NCBI RefSeq assembly: GCF_006345805.1 | Contig: NC_043011.1 | Location: 11,904,001-11,968,000 of the forward strand | Length of the DNA: 64,000 nucleotides | Direction of reading: 5' to 3' | Source: Octopus sinensis | Taxonomy: Eukaryota | In this document: piece after piece, positions 38,130 to 52,124 of the stretch | How the letters are laid out: every line of letters starts with the position of its first letter | How positions within the stretch are numbered: the stretch's first letter is position 1 | Position numbers and translations under genes: made by a program | Notes under the pieces: model-generated | Databases searched by the model: none | What the model was told of the DNA's origin: nothing | Seen by the model: the letters and a program-made list of their open reading frames with translations, nothing else

Positions 38130-39290
38130 GACCTAGGATCTTGAAAGTTTGCATGAATCCTGGCTCAGTTAAATCTCTTGTGTCTCCAAGTGATGTCATC
38201 TGTAGTGCAGCGTTGTATTGTCTAATTTTGTTTTGGAAGTGCTTCGAATCTTGGTCAGTCTATGACAACAGTTTCTTCAGTGGCTCTGGAGGTTGGTTGC
38301 TTACAGGGAGTTTAACCTTTCCACCACTGCAGCACGGTGCAGGTGTGTCTCCATGCCACTTCCTTGCTTTACAATGTATGCACTCAGTTGTCATTGCACC
38401 AATGGAAACTCTAGTGTCATCTGCATAATGAACTGCTAGATCATAACTGAAAGCTGCTTCATAGAAGTTGCTTCTCTGAGCTGTTGCAACGGTTCTTCGT
38501 TCTGCAGTGGAGATCCTATTCCTTGTCAACTGTGCATACCTCTGTTCATCACTTTTGGCTTTTGTAGTACACAGTCTATTCTTTTCTTGGTATGCTTCCC
38601 TTTCTGCAGCTGTGTCTCTTTCCCTGGACAGAGACATTCTTTTGGCTGACCCTGTCATTGTAGACAAATTTGACACTTTCCTTCTATGCATGGTTATATA
38701 TGTATACAGAAATACACGGGGACAGAAGATAGTAAACAATGAAAATAATTGGGTAACGGAAATTATATTTCTTAATACGACAGGCAGAAAGTAAATAAGA
38801 ATTTTTTACGAAAATAAAAGGATTGTACGGGTTGAAGCAAAATTTGTCAGTGAACCAAAGAGCCAGGATCGAAAGAACTAGAAAAAGCCGTTAACAACAG
38901 AAAAACACAAAACCGTTTCAAAAGTAAATAAGAAATTTTTAGGGAAATTAAATAAGTGTACAGATTTAAGTGAAATTTTTTATGTTACTTCTGTCAGTAA
39001 ATTATGAACTTGCTTTTCTCAGTAATTCCGTCAGCCACAAAAATCCCCAAAACGTTGCAAAAGTAAATAAGAAATTTGTAGGCAAATTTAACGAAGTTTA
39101 TGGATTGAAGTGAAATTTATGAAATTACTTCTGTCAGTAAATTACGTATGAAATTACTTTCATCAGTAATTGTGAACTGCTTTCTGTCAGTAATTTGTCG
39201 TCGTTGTTTGTAAATAACAATTGAAAAATTACAGTAAAAGCAATAGCAATTGAACTTAAAGTGAAAATTATAGCGTCTGAAAAATGAAAG
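38130..39290 (-). mobile_element. Helitron 5' fragment: N-terminus of Rep-Helicase and upstream ~120-bp sub-repeats
   Basis: IGAMTTECIHCKARKW.GDTP..CCSGGKVKLP...PPEPLKKLL...SKHFQNKIRQYNAALQMTSLG is characteristic of RepHel N-termini. Confidence 0.8.
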
Positions 39291-39356
39291 CGAAAACAAT
39301 AGAGAGTGAGTGAGAGAGAGCTAGCTAGTTAGACAAATAAAATAGATAGATGAATA

Positions 39357-40206
39357 TGTTTCTTTATTAGCCACACAGGGCTGAAGACAGACGGGATAAA
39401 TTACAAGGTAGAGCTTTTCTTTTGGGGGAGGAAAAAAAGGGGGGGTAGGTTTTCGATCAAAAGGGATCGTAAAAGGGAAATTAAAAAAACGATCACTAGG
39501 GATCGTGTATTACAGAAATGTCATGATGTAAAGTGTAAAGGGGGAAGCAGATAAGGTTTATCCGTGGAAAGAAAAGCCTATGGAAAAGACCACGGTAATC
39601 TCGGTCAATAATGTCACATGTTAATACATTTGTTTGCAAGTAAGTAACCCAATCTTTTAAATTTTTCCGGGTTCATAGGATTATACTCAAGGTGGCTTCG
39701 TCATTCATACGTGCCATCCTTGCTACACTCACCCATCGTTTTTGAAACATGCGCTAGACAAAACTTGCCTCTCTACTTTCACTTTCCTTTTCAAGTGATA
39801 CTTGAAGAAGTTGATGAGAGATTGACCAGAGAGGAAAGTGCTTGTCTCCAATCCTTTCAGACGCGTCCACCAGATACATTCTTTCGCCATGGCCACAAGA
39901 ATGATGAAAATAGCTCTTCCTTCCCGTTTGAAGGAAGGAGGCGTGACAATATTGACGATGGACTCGGCTGATAAACCGACTCGTCCCACACGTGACAGCA
40001 GTCATTCGACATAAACCCACAGGTCGGAGATTGTTGGACACTGCACGAGTGCGTGCTGAACGGTTTCGTCGCTCTGACCGCATCTCGGGCAGGTCGGCCC
40101 CGTACTTCTCGAGACGTGTCTGTAGAGCTTATCTCGAACGGGTAGCGCTTCTCGGTAGCACTGCCAGGCCAAGGATCTCGGGAAGTTGTCCATGGGTCCT
40201 GGCCCG
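39357..40206 (-). mobile_element. Tx1 copy Z (5'-truncated, frameshifted)
   Basis: ORF2 C-terminus plus full 3' UTR ending AATAAAGAAAC. Confidence 0.92.
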
Positions 40207-40212
40207 CAGATC

Positions 40213-40283
<71 letters not shown>

Positions 40284-40286
40284 GGA

Positions 40287-40318
<32 letters not shown>

Positions 40319-40323
40319 TAGAC

Positions 40324-40432
<109 letters not shown>

Positions 40433-40458
40433 TGTAGGTAGGTAGGTAGGTAGGTAGG

Positions 40459-40504
<46 letters not shown>

Positions 40505-42346
40505 TGTTTCTTTATTAGCCACACAGGGCTGCACACAGATAGAACAAATTACAAGGTAGAGCTTTTCTTTTGAAGGTATTAAAAAAAAAAAATAGGAAGG
40601 GGGAGGTTCGATCAAAAGGGATCGTAAAAGGAGAGAAAGAGGACAAAAAAAAAGGGGGGTAAAAAAAACAAAAAAAACAAAAAAAAACAAAAAGGGGGAG
40701 AGGAAAAAAAAAAAAAAAAAAAAAAAAAAAATGATCAATAGGGATCGTTATCACAGAAATGTCAATATGAAGTGTAAAGGGGAGGACAGGTGAGGTTTAC
40801 CCGTGGAAAGAAAAGCCTACGGAAAAGACCACGGTAACCTCGGTCAATGAAGTCACATTTTATATTTCTTTTTTTTTTTTTTTTTTTTTTGCAAATAAGT
40901 AACTCTCTGTTTTCGATTTCTGGGTTCATAGGACTATGCTCAAGGTGGCTTCGTCATTCATACGTGCCATTCTTGCAACATTCACCCATCTTTTTTTAAA
41001 ACATTCGCTAGACAAAACTTGCCTCTCTACTCTCACTTTCCTTTTCAAGTGGTACTTGAAGAAGTTGATGAGAGATTGACCAGAGAGGAAAGTGTTTGTC
41101 TCCAATCCTTTCAGACGCGTCCACCAGATACATTCTTTCGCCATAGCCACAAGGATGATGAAAATAGCTCTTCCTTCCCGTTTGAAGGAAGGAGGCGTGA
41201 CAATATTGACGATAGACTCAGCTGATAAACCGACTCGTCCCACACGTGACAGCAGTTGTTCGACATAAGCCCACAGGTCGGAAATTGTTGGACACTGAAC
41301 GAGTGCGTGCAGAACGGTTTCGTCGCTCTGACCGCATCTCGGGCAGGTCGGCCCCGTGTTTCTCGAGCCGTGTCTGTAGAGCTTATCCCGAACGGGTAGC
41401 GCTTCTCGGTAGCACTGCCAGGCCAGGGATCTCTGGAAGTTGTCCATGGGCCCTGGCCCGAAAGTCGTCCCGAACAGGCGGGTCAGGTACTCCTCGTCGA
41501 CGTCCAGGTTCGCCCCGAGCTCGTCGTCGTACCTCCCCTCCACTAAACCCCTATAGAATGCTTTGGTTGTGTTGAAGTCACTTAAGGTCGACCCAGGACG
41601 GCAGACTTGCTTGAGAGCAACGCGACACTCGCGGTGCCATTCGCCCTTCCTCGGCCTCTTTTTGATCCACGACTGCAGTTCGGTCATGGAGACGAGCTGC
41701 GGGAAAGCGTGCCTCACAAACGGCGACCACACCTGTTCACCGTCGTCTACATAGAGCCAGAGATGTCGCAGTCTCAGCGCGTGTCTGCGCATCATCAACC
41801 ACGGCATGCCCAGCCCTCCTTTTAACGGGTGTTGACAGCAAATGGATCGCCTGACCATCGGGACGCATCCTTTCCACAAGAAGCGAAAGAGGATGCGTTG
41901 TAGTTTGGTGATGGTAGGGTCGGGACAAGGTACGACGGTCAGGCGGTAGTAGATGACGGACGCGATGTACATGTTCGCCACCTCCGCTCGACCTTTTAGG
42001 GACAGTTTCCTCTCGGCCCATTGCCGGGCGAGAGTCACCACCCTACTCGTTATCTCGTTCCAGTTCTTCTCCACTTGGAGGTCCGGACCAAACCAGACCC
42101 CGAGCAACTCAACCGGGCCGTCGGTCCAGCGTCCCACGACGGAGGCGCTGGTGGACGGCATGGGCTTGCTTCTCCAGGTGCCTAGTCGCAAGCCCACTGA
42201 CTTTTCCCGGTTGATTTTCGCTCCTGTCACCGCTTCGTAGTTTTTCAGTGTCTCGCCGACCAGCTCGATGTGCTCGTGGCTAGACACTATGACCGTGACG
42301 TCGTCCGCGTATGCAGACACGCTCGTCCCGCATCCCAATTCTCGCG
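40505..42346 (-). mobile_element. Tx1 copy Y (5'-truncated, nearly identical to the copy at 5525-10932)
   Basis: Begins just upstream of YADD; intact frame to TGA at 40926; (TATC)n on both sides. Confidence 0.95.
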
Positions 42347-42366
42347 AGGTAGGTAGGTAGATAGAT

Positions 42367-42456
<90 letters not shown>

Positions 42457-43681
42457 GTTTCTTTATTGGCCACACAGGGCTGCACACAGATGGGACAAGT
42501 TACAAGGTAGAGCTTTTCTTTTGGGGGATGAAAAAAAGGGGGTGGCGTAGGTTTTCGATCAAGAGGGATCGTAAAAGGGAAGAAAAGAACAAAAAAAAAT
42601 TTTAAAAAAAGAAAAAATAGAATAAAAAATAAAAAGAATAAAAGAAAAAAAAGAAAGGGAAAGGAACAAAAGAAAAGAGAAATGAAAAAAGAAGAAAAAA
42701 GGGGGAAAAAAGGGGAAGAGGAAAAAAAAAGGAACGATAAATAGGGATCGTGTATCACAGTGTTATGATATATGGTGTAAAGGGGAAAGCAAGTAAGGTT
42801 TATCCGTGGGAAGAAAAGCCTACGAAAAAGACCACGGTAACCTTGGTCAATATTGTTATATGTTACCACATTTGTTTGCAAGTGGGTAACCCTCTGTTTT
42901 CAATTTCTGGGTTCATAGGATTATGCTCAAGGTGGCTTCGTCATTCATACGTGCCATCCTTGCTACATTCACCCATCTTTTTTTAAAACATTCGCTAGAC
43001 AAAACTTGCCTCTCTACTCTCACTTTCCTTTTCAAGTGATACTTGAAGAAGTTGATGAGAGATTGACCAGAGAGGAAAGTGTTTGTCTCCAATCCTTTCA
43101 GACGCGTCCACCAGATACATTCTTTCGCCATAGCCACAAGGATGATGAAAATAGCTCTTCCTTCCCGTTTGAAGGAAGGAGGCGTGACAATATTGACGAT
43201 AGACTCAGCTGATAAACCGACTCGTCCCACACGTGACAGAAGTCATTCGACACAAGCCCACAGGTCGGAAATTGTTGGACACTGCACGAGTGCGTGCAGA
43301 ACGGTTTCGTCGCTCTGACCGCATCTCTGGCAGGTCGGCCCCGTGTTTCTCGAGCCGTGTCTGTAGAGCTTATCCCGAACGGGTAGCGCTTCTCGGTAAC
43401 ACTGCCAGGCCAGGGATCTCTGGAAGTTGTCCATGGGCCCTGGCCCGAAAGTCGTCCTGAACAGGCGGGTCAGGTACTCCTCGTCGACGTCCAGGTTCGC
43501 CCCGAGCTCGTCGTCGTACCTCCCCTCCACTAATCCCCTATAGAATGCTTTGGTTGTGTTGAAGTCACTCAAGGTCGACCCAGGACGGCAGAGTTGCTTG
43601 AGAGCAACGCAACACTCGCGGTGCCATTCGCCCTTCCTCGGCCTCTTTTTGATCCACGACTGCAGTTCGGTCATGGAGACG

Positions 43682-43683
<2 letters not shown>
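42457..43683 (-). mobile_element. Tx1 copy X (5'-truncated)
   Basis: ORF2 C-terminus plus 3' UTR; (TATC)n on both sides. Confidence 0.93.
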
Positions 43684-43850
<167 letters not shown>

Positions 43851-44240
43851 TAAGATAAGGTATAGACGGATAGATACAGAGAGATAGCTAGAGATAGAGA
43901 TAGAGATGGATAGATATAGAGGTTACTGACGCTAGAAAACCAGAAGTAAATATTTTAAAAAACTTTCGAAGACGTGAATCTAATATAAAAAGCAATGTTA
44001 TTGATCTTTTATGACCAATGGATGTAAGGGAGAGAATCAGTTTCTGAAAGTTACTTCGCAAAGAGTTACCTCGATTCTTCATGTAACCCAGGAACGGGTG
44101 TTTTCTGCCACAAGGGTGCCCGTTACTGATTATGTGAAAAATTTTAACCATCGCTGCAACTTAAGTAATGTATGTTCCCAGTTTGGAGAAAATCAGTTGA
44201 AAAATACGGTCATTATAATCTTTTACACACAGAACGGGAT

Positions 44241-44307
<67 letters not shown>

Positions 44308-44454
44308 TTACTCGCACATATGTGTGCGCGTGCATGTTTGTATGTTTGTTAGATACGTTTTCCCCTTCTTATTCTGTATCTCCTTCCATAATGTGTGTTT
44401 ATGTGTAAGTGTTTGGGTATGTATGCACACACACACACACACACACACACATGA

Positions 44455-44700
44455 TACAGGACCAGATAATGCAACAACTTGGCTTTCAAGGGCCCACGAC
44501 GCTTTAATATCCCCACAAAAAGCCTGATATACCTACATGGGGTGCATGTATGTGCCTTCAAAACACAGCTGAATCTCCTTTTGTCAAGAGTTTCGGATGA
44601 ACCTATCTCGCGACAGGAAACTCAGGTGAGGCTAGCAACATCGAACTCCCTCGTTCACCAAATGTTACATATCAGAGGGCGTTTTCAAGTAACGGAAGTT
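44455..44700 (+). mobile_element. CR1-group LINE 3' fragment
   Basis: FKGPRRFNIPTKSL..LHGV....FKTQLNLLLSRVSDEP...TSNSLVHQ. Confidence 0.7.
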
Positions 44701-44775
44701 TAGCAAAACTAACGGCTGTGCTCCGCCATGGCCATATCTCTCAAGCCAAAAAAAGTAAAAGAGTAGAATATCTAT

Positions 44776-44990
44776 AAGCGCAGGCGTGGCTGTGTGGTAA
44801 GAAGCTTGACAACCAGTGTTCGTGTATTTACGTCCCCGTAACTTAGCGAGTCGGTTAAAATGATCGATGGATCGATGCTTAAGAAAATGTACTGGGATTG
44901 ATTCATTCGACAAAATTCTTCGGGGAGTGCCCCACCATGGCCGTAGTGTGAGTGAAACAAGTAGAATGAGTGAAACAAGTGAAAGATAAA
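44776..44990 (+). mobile_element. Internally deleted, diverged SINE S1
   Basis: S1 head fused to the S1 3' half. Confidence 0.7.
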
Positions 44991-45973
44991 AGATATATAC
45001 ACACATACATACATACACACACATTCATACACAAGCATACACATATGCACATCCACACACACACACTGTTACACAGATATATCAATGAATAACAAATAGA
45101 CGATGTACGTACTTTTATAAATGTATGTATGTTTATGTGAGTGTGTCTATATTGTGATTTAAGATGTGAAGGAGGGTTGTGGAAGAAGAGAGGGCATCCG
45201 CAAAACTGATTGAAACCTTGTAGAAAGAAAACTTGGCCTCGTGCTGACGATAAGGGTTCGGGACAGATGTCAGGAAGGTCACTACGCTCCTACATTTGAG
45301 AATGGGTGGTGGGGTTGGTACAATTCAAGTAGGTGCAAAGCCACGTGTCTTTTTAAGTATCAGTAGCAGATAGAAGGCGCCATCTGGTGAGATATGAAGT
45401 AACATAACGCAGACAATAAGGTAGAGCCTATTGGAGAAACTAGTTTTATCTACTGTTTGAGTGAATGTATACATGTGAGTATATATATGAGTGTGCACGC
45501 GTGTTCGATGCGTGTATGTATATTCTGTGTGTGTTTTATGTGTGTTGCAAGTGCTGTGAGTGAGCGAGGCTATTGTGTGGTGCGTTTAGTCGTATTTGTG
45601 GGGGGGGCGTGTGTGTGTGTGCGCGCGCGCGTATCTATGTAACACCCTTTCAGTTTCTCTATGTACAGCAGAGAGTTAAAATGCATTAGACACAGTAAAT
45701 GTGTGTTCGACTTTCTATCTTTCTTAACTTTTTATGCATATCGCGCAAACATCCTCTAATCAAGTTGGATTCTGTTTTTTCAGAGTAAGCAAAAATATCT
45801 CACCACCGAGGATTTGCTACACAAAGCAAAACACAAAGCAAAAGTTCGTCCTATAATGTTCACACACTTGAGATGATGCATTCCACCTGCACAGGTACAT
45901 TGCAGACCACATGCCAAACTTGCCGGTACTTGACTGACAGGCCCTAAACAATATTTTACACTAGCAAACAATT

Positions 45974-46368
45974 GGATCTTTTCGGTTTGAACGGCAGTTT
46001 TTAAAATAATTTCCACGTAACTAAACACTTTTAAACTTCGTATACTGGTAGAATGTGTTTATAAAACATCTTTTTCTCTTGGCTTTATTGAGAAAATTCT
46101 ATAGTTTGTAAGATATTTGTTGTTTTGTTTTTTTTCTTCAATTTCAGCAATTTCAACCAATCACTGCCGTCCATTGATGAATATGTCCCTCGTTTAAGAA
46201 ACAGATTGGGTTTATTTACATTTGTGAAGAAAAAAAGATACCCTTCCCTAACCCTAACCCTAACCCTAAAACACTGAAATGCAATAGATCGATACTAGGG
46301 TCATAATTATGGGTGACAATTTCATATGACACCGCTAGAAAAAACTGCCGTTCAAACCGAAAAGATCC
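45974..46368 (-). mobile_element. MITE1 copy K
   Basis: 9-bp TSD CAAACAATT. Confidence 0.92.
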
Positions 46369-46773
46369 CAAACAATTTACTACACTTGACTCTTCACATC
46401 GTTACGAGCCAATCAGGGAAACTATTTCTTAACTGCTAAAATAGCAATATAACTTCTCTCAAAACTATACTCTTATTGTCTTATAGAAAGGTACATCGGA
46501 TAAGGTTATCTAGACTAAACAGTTCGAAAAGAAAAGACGGTATAACCATGGCTGAAATATCCATTGATCATAGATCCCACTATTCTATTCGGGTTTACTT
46601 TTGATTAAGCAACAGCTCACTACCCCGAACATGCTGAATATATGCAACGTCCATCTAAACCAGCTTGATGCATCTACCCTTTCTCCTTCAGTCATTCCGA
46701 TTGTCTCAGCTATAGTCTTTATACATATATTTGGGCTGCATTTCTTCCTTCAACCTTCAGCATTTCAGATATT

Positions 46774-46924
46774 AAATTCCGTCGAGGTCGACTTTGCCTT
46801 TCATCCTTTCGGGGTCGATAAATTAAGTACCAGTTACGCACTGGGGTCGATGTAATCGACTTAATCCGTTTGTTTGTCCTTGTTTGTCCCCTCTATGTTT
46901 AGCCCCTTGTGGGCAATAAAGAAA
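46774..46924 (+). mobile_element. SINE S2, 5'-truncated
   Basis: S2 3' part. Confidence 0.82.
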
Positions 46925-47538
46925 CAGATATTAAATTCTTTCCACACACCAAAAATTTGACTTATATTTCTAATTATCCTAATGTTGTGTAATACTCCTA
47001 TTAATTATTCCTATCATCATCAGATGTTTTATTCCTAGGCGTGTGTACTTAGTATCAGACCTTTATTTCTTAACTAAAGATAGTAATGAGCTTTAAAATG
47101 TTTCAGTATTTACGACAGGATCGGTAGAGAGTCGGACAAAATGCCTTCCGGTATTTGGTTCTGAGTTCAATTCCTACCGATATCGACTTAACATTTCATC
47201 TTTCTGAGTCGCTAAAAGAAAATATCATAACAGTATACAGAATCGGTACAATCGACCATTTGATAAAATCCCTATATTTGAAATCTTGCGCCTCTGTATG
47301 AAATAAAATATCAGTATTAATATCTTGAATGATCGAGCTTCTCTAGTGATCAATTTAAATTACAGAAACCTTGTGCATAAGATATGTTTAGAAATAAGGG
47401 TTCCCATTTCGAATCCAATCCAGTACCAAGTACATGTCCAAGAATAAGACACCAGATGATGATCAAAGATCAGACTGATCTGTAAATGTAAATATTGGTT
47501 TCAATTTTTGGCACAAGGCCAGCAAATTCGGATGAGTG

Positions 47539-47680
47539 AGTAAGTCGATTATATCGACCTCAGTGCAAAATTGATAGTTATCTTATCGACCCCGAAAGGA
47601 TGAAAAGCAAAGTCGACCTCTGCAGAATTTGAACTCAGAACATGAAGACCAATGAAATGCCGCTAACGATTCTGCCAGCT
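47539..47680 (-). mobile_element. Degenerate SINE S2
   Basis: Reverse complement of the S2 core. Confidence 0.7.
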
Positions 47681-47899
47681 GCTTTATGTAAATGTAAATA
47701 TTAAAGAATGTTTCATTTGCAAAAGATGAGGTTAATAGTCCGATAAAGGATATTCGTTTTAACAGCTCGTGGCATATATGAAACGTGAGAAGTTTTAAGT
47801 GTTCAAGAGTATTCATGGCCGAAACGAAGGCAACAATGGACGCTTGCTTTGCTGTTGTTTACTGTAACGTAAGAAACCTACCAGCATTCGCCTTTCATC

Positions 47900-48318
47900 G
47901 GATCTTTTCGGTTTGAACGGCAGTTTTTAACGTAATTTCTAAATAACTAAACACTTTTAAACTTCGTATACTGGTAGAATGTGTTTATAAAACATCTTTT
48001 TCTCTTGGCTTTATTGAGAAAATTCTATAGTTTGTAAGATATTTGTTGTTGTTTTTTTCTTCAATTTCTGCAATTTCAACCAGTCACTGACGTCTATTGA
48101 GTTAAAAAGCATTCTGTGCCGTATGAATATGTCCCTCGTTTAAGAAACAGATTGGGTTTATTTACATTTGTGAAGAAAAAAAGATACCCTTCCCCCCACC
48201 CCTAACCCTAACCCTAAAACAGATAGAAATGCAATAGATCGATACTAGGGTCATAATTATGGGTGACAATTTCATATGACACCGCTAGAAAAAACTGCGG
48301 TTCAAACCGAAAAGATCC
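47900..48318 (-). mobile_element. MITE1 copy L
   Basis: 8-bp TSD CTTTCATC. Confidence 0.93.
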
Positions 48319-48618
48319 CTTTCATCTATTTTTTTAAATATATCTAAAAACTTTGCTTGAATAACTAAGCTTCCCAGCTGATCATTTTAAAATTACAAAT
48401 CCATCGACTCTCCAGAGTAAACTAAATGACAGCTGCTCCTCTTCTCCTAAATTTCTGTATATAAGCATTGTCCTCTCATATTTTCCTTTTATAGCCTGAT
48501 AAACATACTTGCTTCATCCCTTACAGATTAACAACCTGCCAAAGTATGTCCAAGAACGTACTCCAAGCAGAACCAAAAATCTCCGCACAGCTATATTCCA
48601 CTTTATCACTTTAATTAA

Positions 48619-48813
48619 ACTCTTTTACTTGTTTCAGTCATTTGACTGCGACCATGCTGGAGCACCGCCTTTAGTCGAGCAAATCGACCCCAGGACTTAT
48701 TCTTTGTAAGCCTAGTACTTATTCTATCGGTCTCTTTTGCCGAACCGCTAAGTTACGGGGACGTAAACACACCAGCATCGGTTGTCAGACATACAAACAC
48801 ACACACGCACGCA

Positions 48814-48852
<39 letters not shown>

Positions 48853-49002
48853 ATACACACACACACACACATATACATATATACGATGGGCTTCTTTCAG
48901 TTTCCGTCTGCCAAATCCACTCACAAGGCTTTGGTCGGCCCGAGGCTATAGTAGAAGACACTTTCCCTAGGTGCCACGCAGTGGGACTGAACCCGGAACC
49001 AT
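48619..49002 (-). mobile_element. SINE S1
   Basis: Reverse complement of S1, head truncated. Confidence 0.86.
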
Positions 49003-49513
49003 AGTATTCATATTTATAGATCAATAAATTTAATTTCTTACTTTACCATTGGTACAGTCTTTTCTCTATTCGGGTAGAAATATAATTTCAAATCCTCAAA
49101 AAATAACCCCGTTTATCCTTCCATATCAGTAAAACACTCAAGTAACTATGAAGATCGGAAAGCTGCTCCATCACCACCATAACCAAAACGAAAAAGTAAT
49201 CAGAATGATTTTGAACGTGACCACGAAAATAAACCTTTGACCCAAAACCGATGCCAATTTTCTTTTTTTTTTTTTTTATTTTCTTTATAAATTCTGAGAC
49301 AACAAAGTCCTTAGCAGTTCGATGCAGCTGTCGAGACCACCTAACAAGCCTAGTAAAATGACACTGAGAAGCAAAAGCATCAAAGATTAAATGCCGATCA
49401 CTAGGTCACTGGGGAAATAAGTTAATCTGAAACGGAACCAGACTAAAATATTTCACAGTCAGACTGGTCTTGATCGTAATTTTGGTAACTTTTGCAATAG
49501 AATCCATCCAAAT

Positions 49514-49966
49514 AGGCGCAGGAGTGGCTGTGTGGTAAGTAGCTTGCTTACCAACCACATGGTTCCGGTTTCAGTTCCACTGCGTGGCACCTTGGGCAAG
49601 TGTAGCCTCGGGCCGAACAAAACCTTGTGAGTGGATTTGGTAGACGGAAACTGAAAGAAGCCTGTCGTATATATGTATGTGTATATATATGCGTGTGTGT
49701 GTTATATATTTGTGTATATATATGCGTGTGTGTTATATATGTATGTGTATATATATATGCGTGTGTGTGTTTGTATGTCCGTGTTTGTCCCCCCAACATC
49801 GCTTGACAACCGATGCTGGTTGCGTCCCCGTAACTTAGCGATAGAATAAGTACTAGGCTTACAAAGAATAAGACCTGGGGTCGATTTGCTCGACTAAAGG
49901 TGGTGCTCCAGCATGGCCGCAGTCAAATGACTGAAACAAGTAAAAGAGTAAACGAGTAAAAGAGTA
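49514..49966 (+). mobile_element. SINE S1
   Basis: Full S1. Confidence 0.88.
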
Positions 49967-50328
49967 AATATATTTCAAATCGCTTTAAAAATCTCGGCAG
50001 AGTCGAACATTTTTACAAAATGACGGCATTAAAACTTACGGCTATAAGAAAATTTTCAGACTGTACAAAACCTTCAGACTACAGTGCTATTTTGGTGCCC
50101 CAGCTTTAACATATCGCCATTAAACACTTTCATTACAATTGAAAGAACAAGAATTTTCAGTTTTTTCATCTTTTTCTTTTACTAATTTGTTTTCTGTGTA
50201 GCTGGCAGAAGCAGACAGGGGTGGAACATAGCCACCTGCCGATTCTTATAGTTATATTAGTATTTTTACAATTTCACAATAGCTAATGTCAGATTGAATA
50301 GAATTAATTCGTTTCATATAAAACCCTG

Positions 50329-50745
50329 GGATCTTTTCGGTTTGAACGGCAGTTTTTTCTAGAGGTGTCATATGAAATTGTCACCCATAATTATGACCCT
50401 AGTATCGATCTATTGCATTTCAATCTGTTTTAGGGTTAGGGTTAGGGGTGGGGGTAAGGGTATCTTTTTTTCTTCACAAATGTAAATAAACCCAATCTGT
50501 TTCTTAAACGAGGGACATATTCATACGGCACAGAATGCTGTTTACCTCAATGGACGTCAGTGATTGGTTGAAATTGCAGAAATTTAAGGAAAAAAACAAC
50601 AAATATCTTACAAACTATAGAATTTTCTCAATAAGGCCAAGAGAAAAAGATGTTTTATAAACACATTCTACCAGTATACGAAGTTTAAAAGTGTTTAGTT
50701 ACCTAGAAATTATGTTAAAAACTGCCGTTCAAACCGAAAAGATCC
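50329..50745 (+). mobile_element. MITE1 copy M
   Basis: 8-bp TSD AAACCCTG. Confidence 0.93.
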
Positions 50746-50966
50746 AAACCCTGAGACTCTATGAAGCAACAAGAGAGCCTTTAGGCGGTCACTTAGCTTA
50801 CAGCAGCCGAAGTTCTCTTTATCATTTTAAAAAGAACAGACACAGCTGATAATGTAGACCTAGAAGTTATCTGAAATTCAGATGAGATGGTCATGACTGG
50901 TATGTTTTGGTCATAGGTCTGCTTGATAACAACAACAACAAAACAAGAGATTCTTCACGTCAACAT

Positions 50967-51017
<51 letters not shown>

Positions 51018-51120
51018 ACGTTTATGTATTTATTTTGCAAGATTCTTGACGTGAAGATGTGATGAAACAGATATTGTTATACTTGGCAAATAAGGATTAT
51101 CCCCAAATATAACTATATAT

Positions 51121-51286
51121 AGGCGCAGGCGTGACTGTGAGGAAAGAAGCTTCTTTCCTAACCACGTGGTTCCAGGTTCAGTCCCACTGCGTAGAACCTT
51201 GAGAAAGTGTCTTCTACTATAACCTAGGGACAACCAAAGCCTTGTGAGTAGATTTGGCAGACAGAAAGTGAAAGAAGCCCGTCGTG

Positions 51287-51364
<78 letters not shown>

Positions 51365-51653
51365 GTATGCATGTATGTATGTATGTATGTATGTATGTAT
51401 GTATGTATGTATGTATGTATGCTTGCGTGTTTGTGCGTGTGTGTGTGTCTTTGTTTCTGTGTTTGTCCACCCACAACTGCTTGACAACCGGCGTTAGTAT
51501 GTTTACGTCCCCGTAACTTAGTGGTTGGGCAGAATGACTGATAGGATATGTACTAGGTTTAAGAAAAAGTCCTGGGATTGATTTGTTCGACTAAAACCCT
51601 TCAAGGCGGTGCTCCAGCATGGCCGCAGTCACATGACTGAAATAAGTAAAAGA
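51121..51653 (+). mobile_element. Diverged SINE S1
   Basis: S1 homology with expanded TA/TATG tract. Confidence 0.82.
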
Positions 51654-51830
51654 ATAAATGAATTTATATATATAAACAATTGCAGCGTGGAAGGTGTTTA
51701 TAAGCCATTCAAAAACACACAAATACCGTTAGATTCAACATTTAAATTTAATTTGCCAAAATATTTTCGTCGCTTTGAGACCGCGTCCTGTTCACTGACA
51801 AAATATATATATGCAAGTATGTATATATGC

Positions 51831-51907
<77 letters not shown>

Positions 51908-51949
51908 TGAGTGAGTGTGTGTGACCCGGGGTTTTAAAAGAAGAGACTT

Positions 51950-52113
51950 CCCCAAGGTGCCACGCAGTGAAACTGAACCCAGAACTATGTAGTTGGAAAG
52001 CAAACTACTTACCACATGGCCATGCCTAATAGACTTCTCGAAGGTACCACGCAGGGAAATTGAACCCAGAACTATGTAGTTGGGAAGCAAACTTTTTACC
52101 ACATAACTACGCC
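51950..52113 (-). mobile_element. Two tandem diverged S1 head fragments
   Basis: ~83-bp unit AGGTGCCACGCAG...CTTACCACAT present twice. Confidence 0.7.
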
Positions 52114-52124
52114 TAAAAGATATA

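Noticed and set aside
40926-42881. 651-aa ORF as a novel fusion protein
   Set aside because: Chance in-frame run of copy X 3' UTR, the TATC tract and truncated copy Y ORF2
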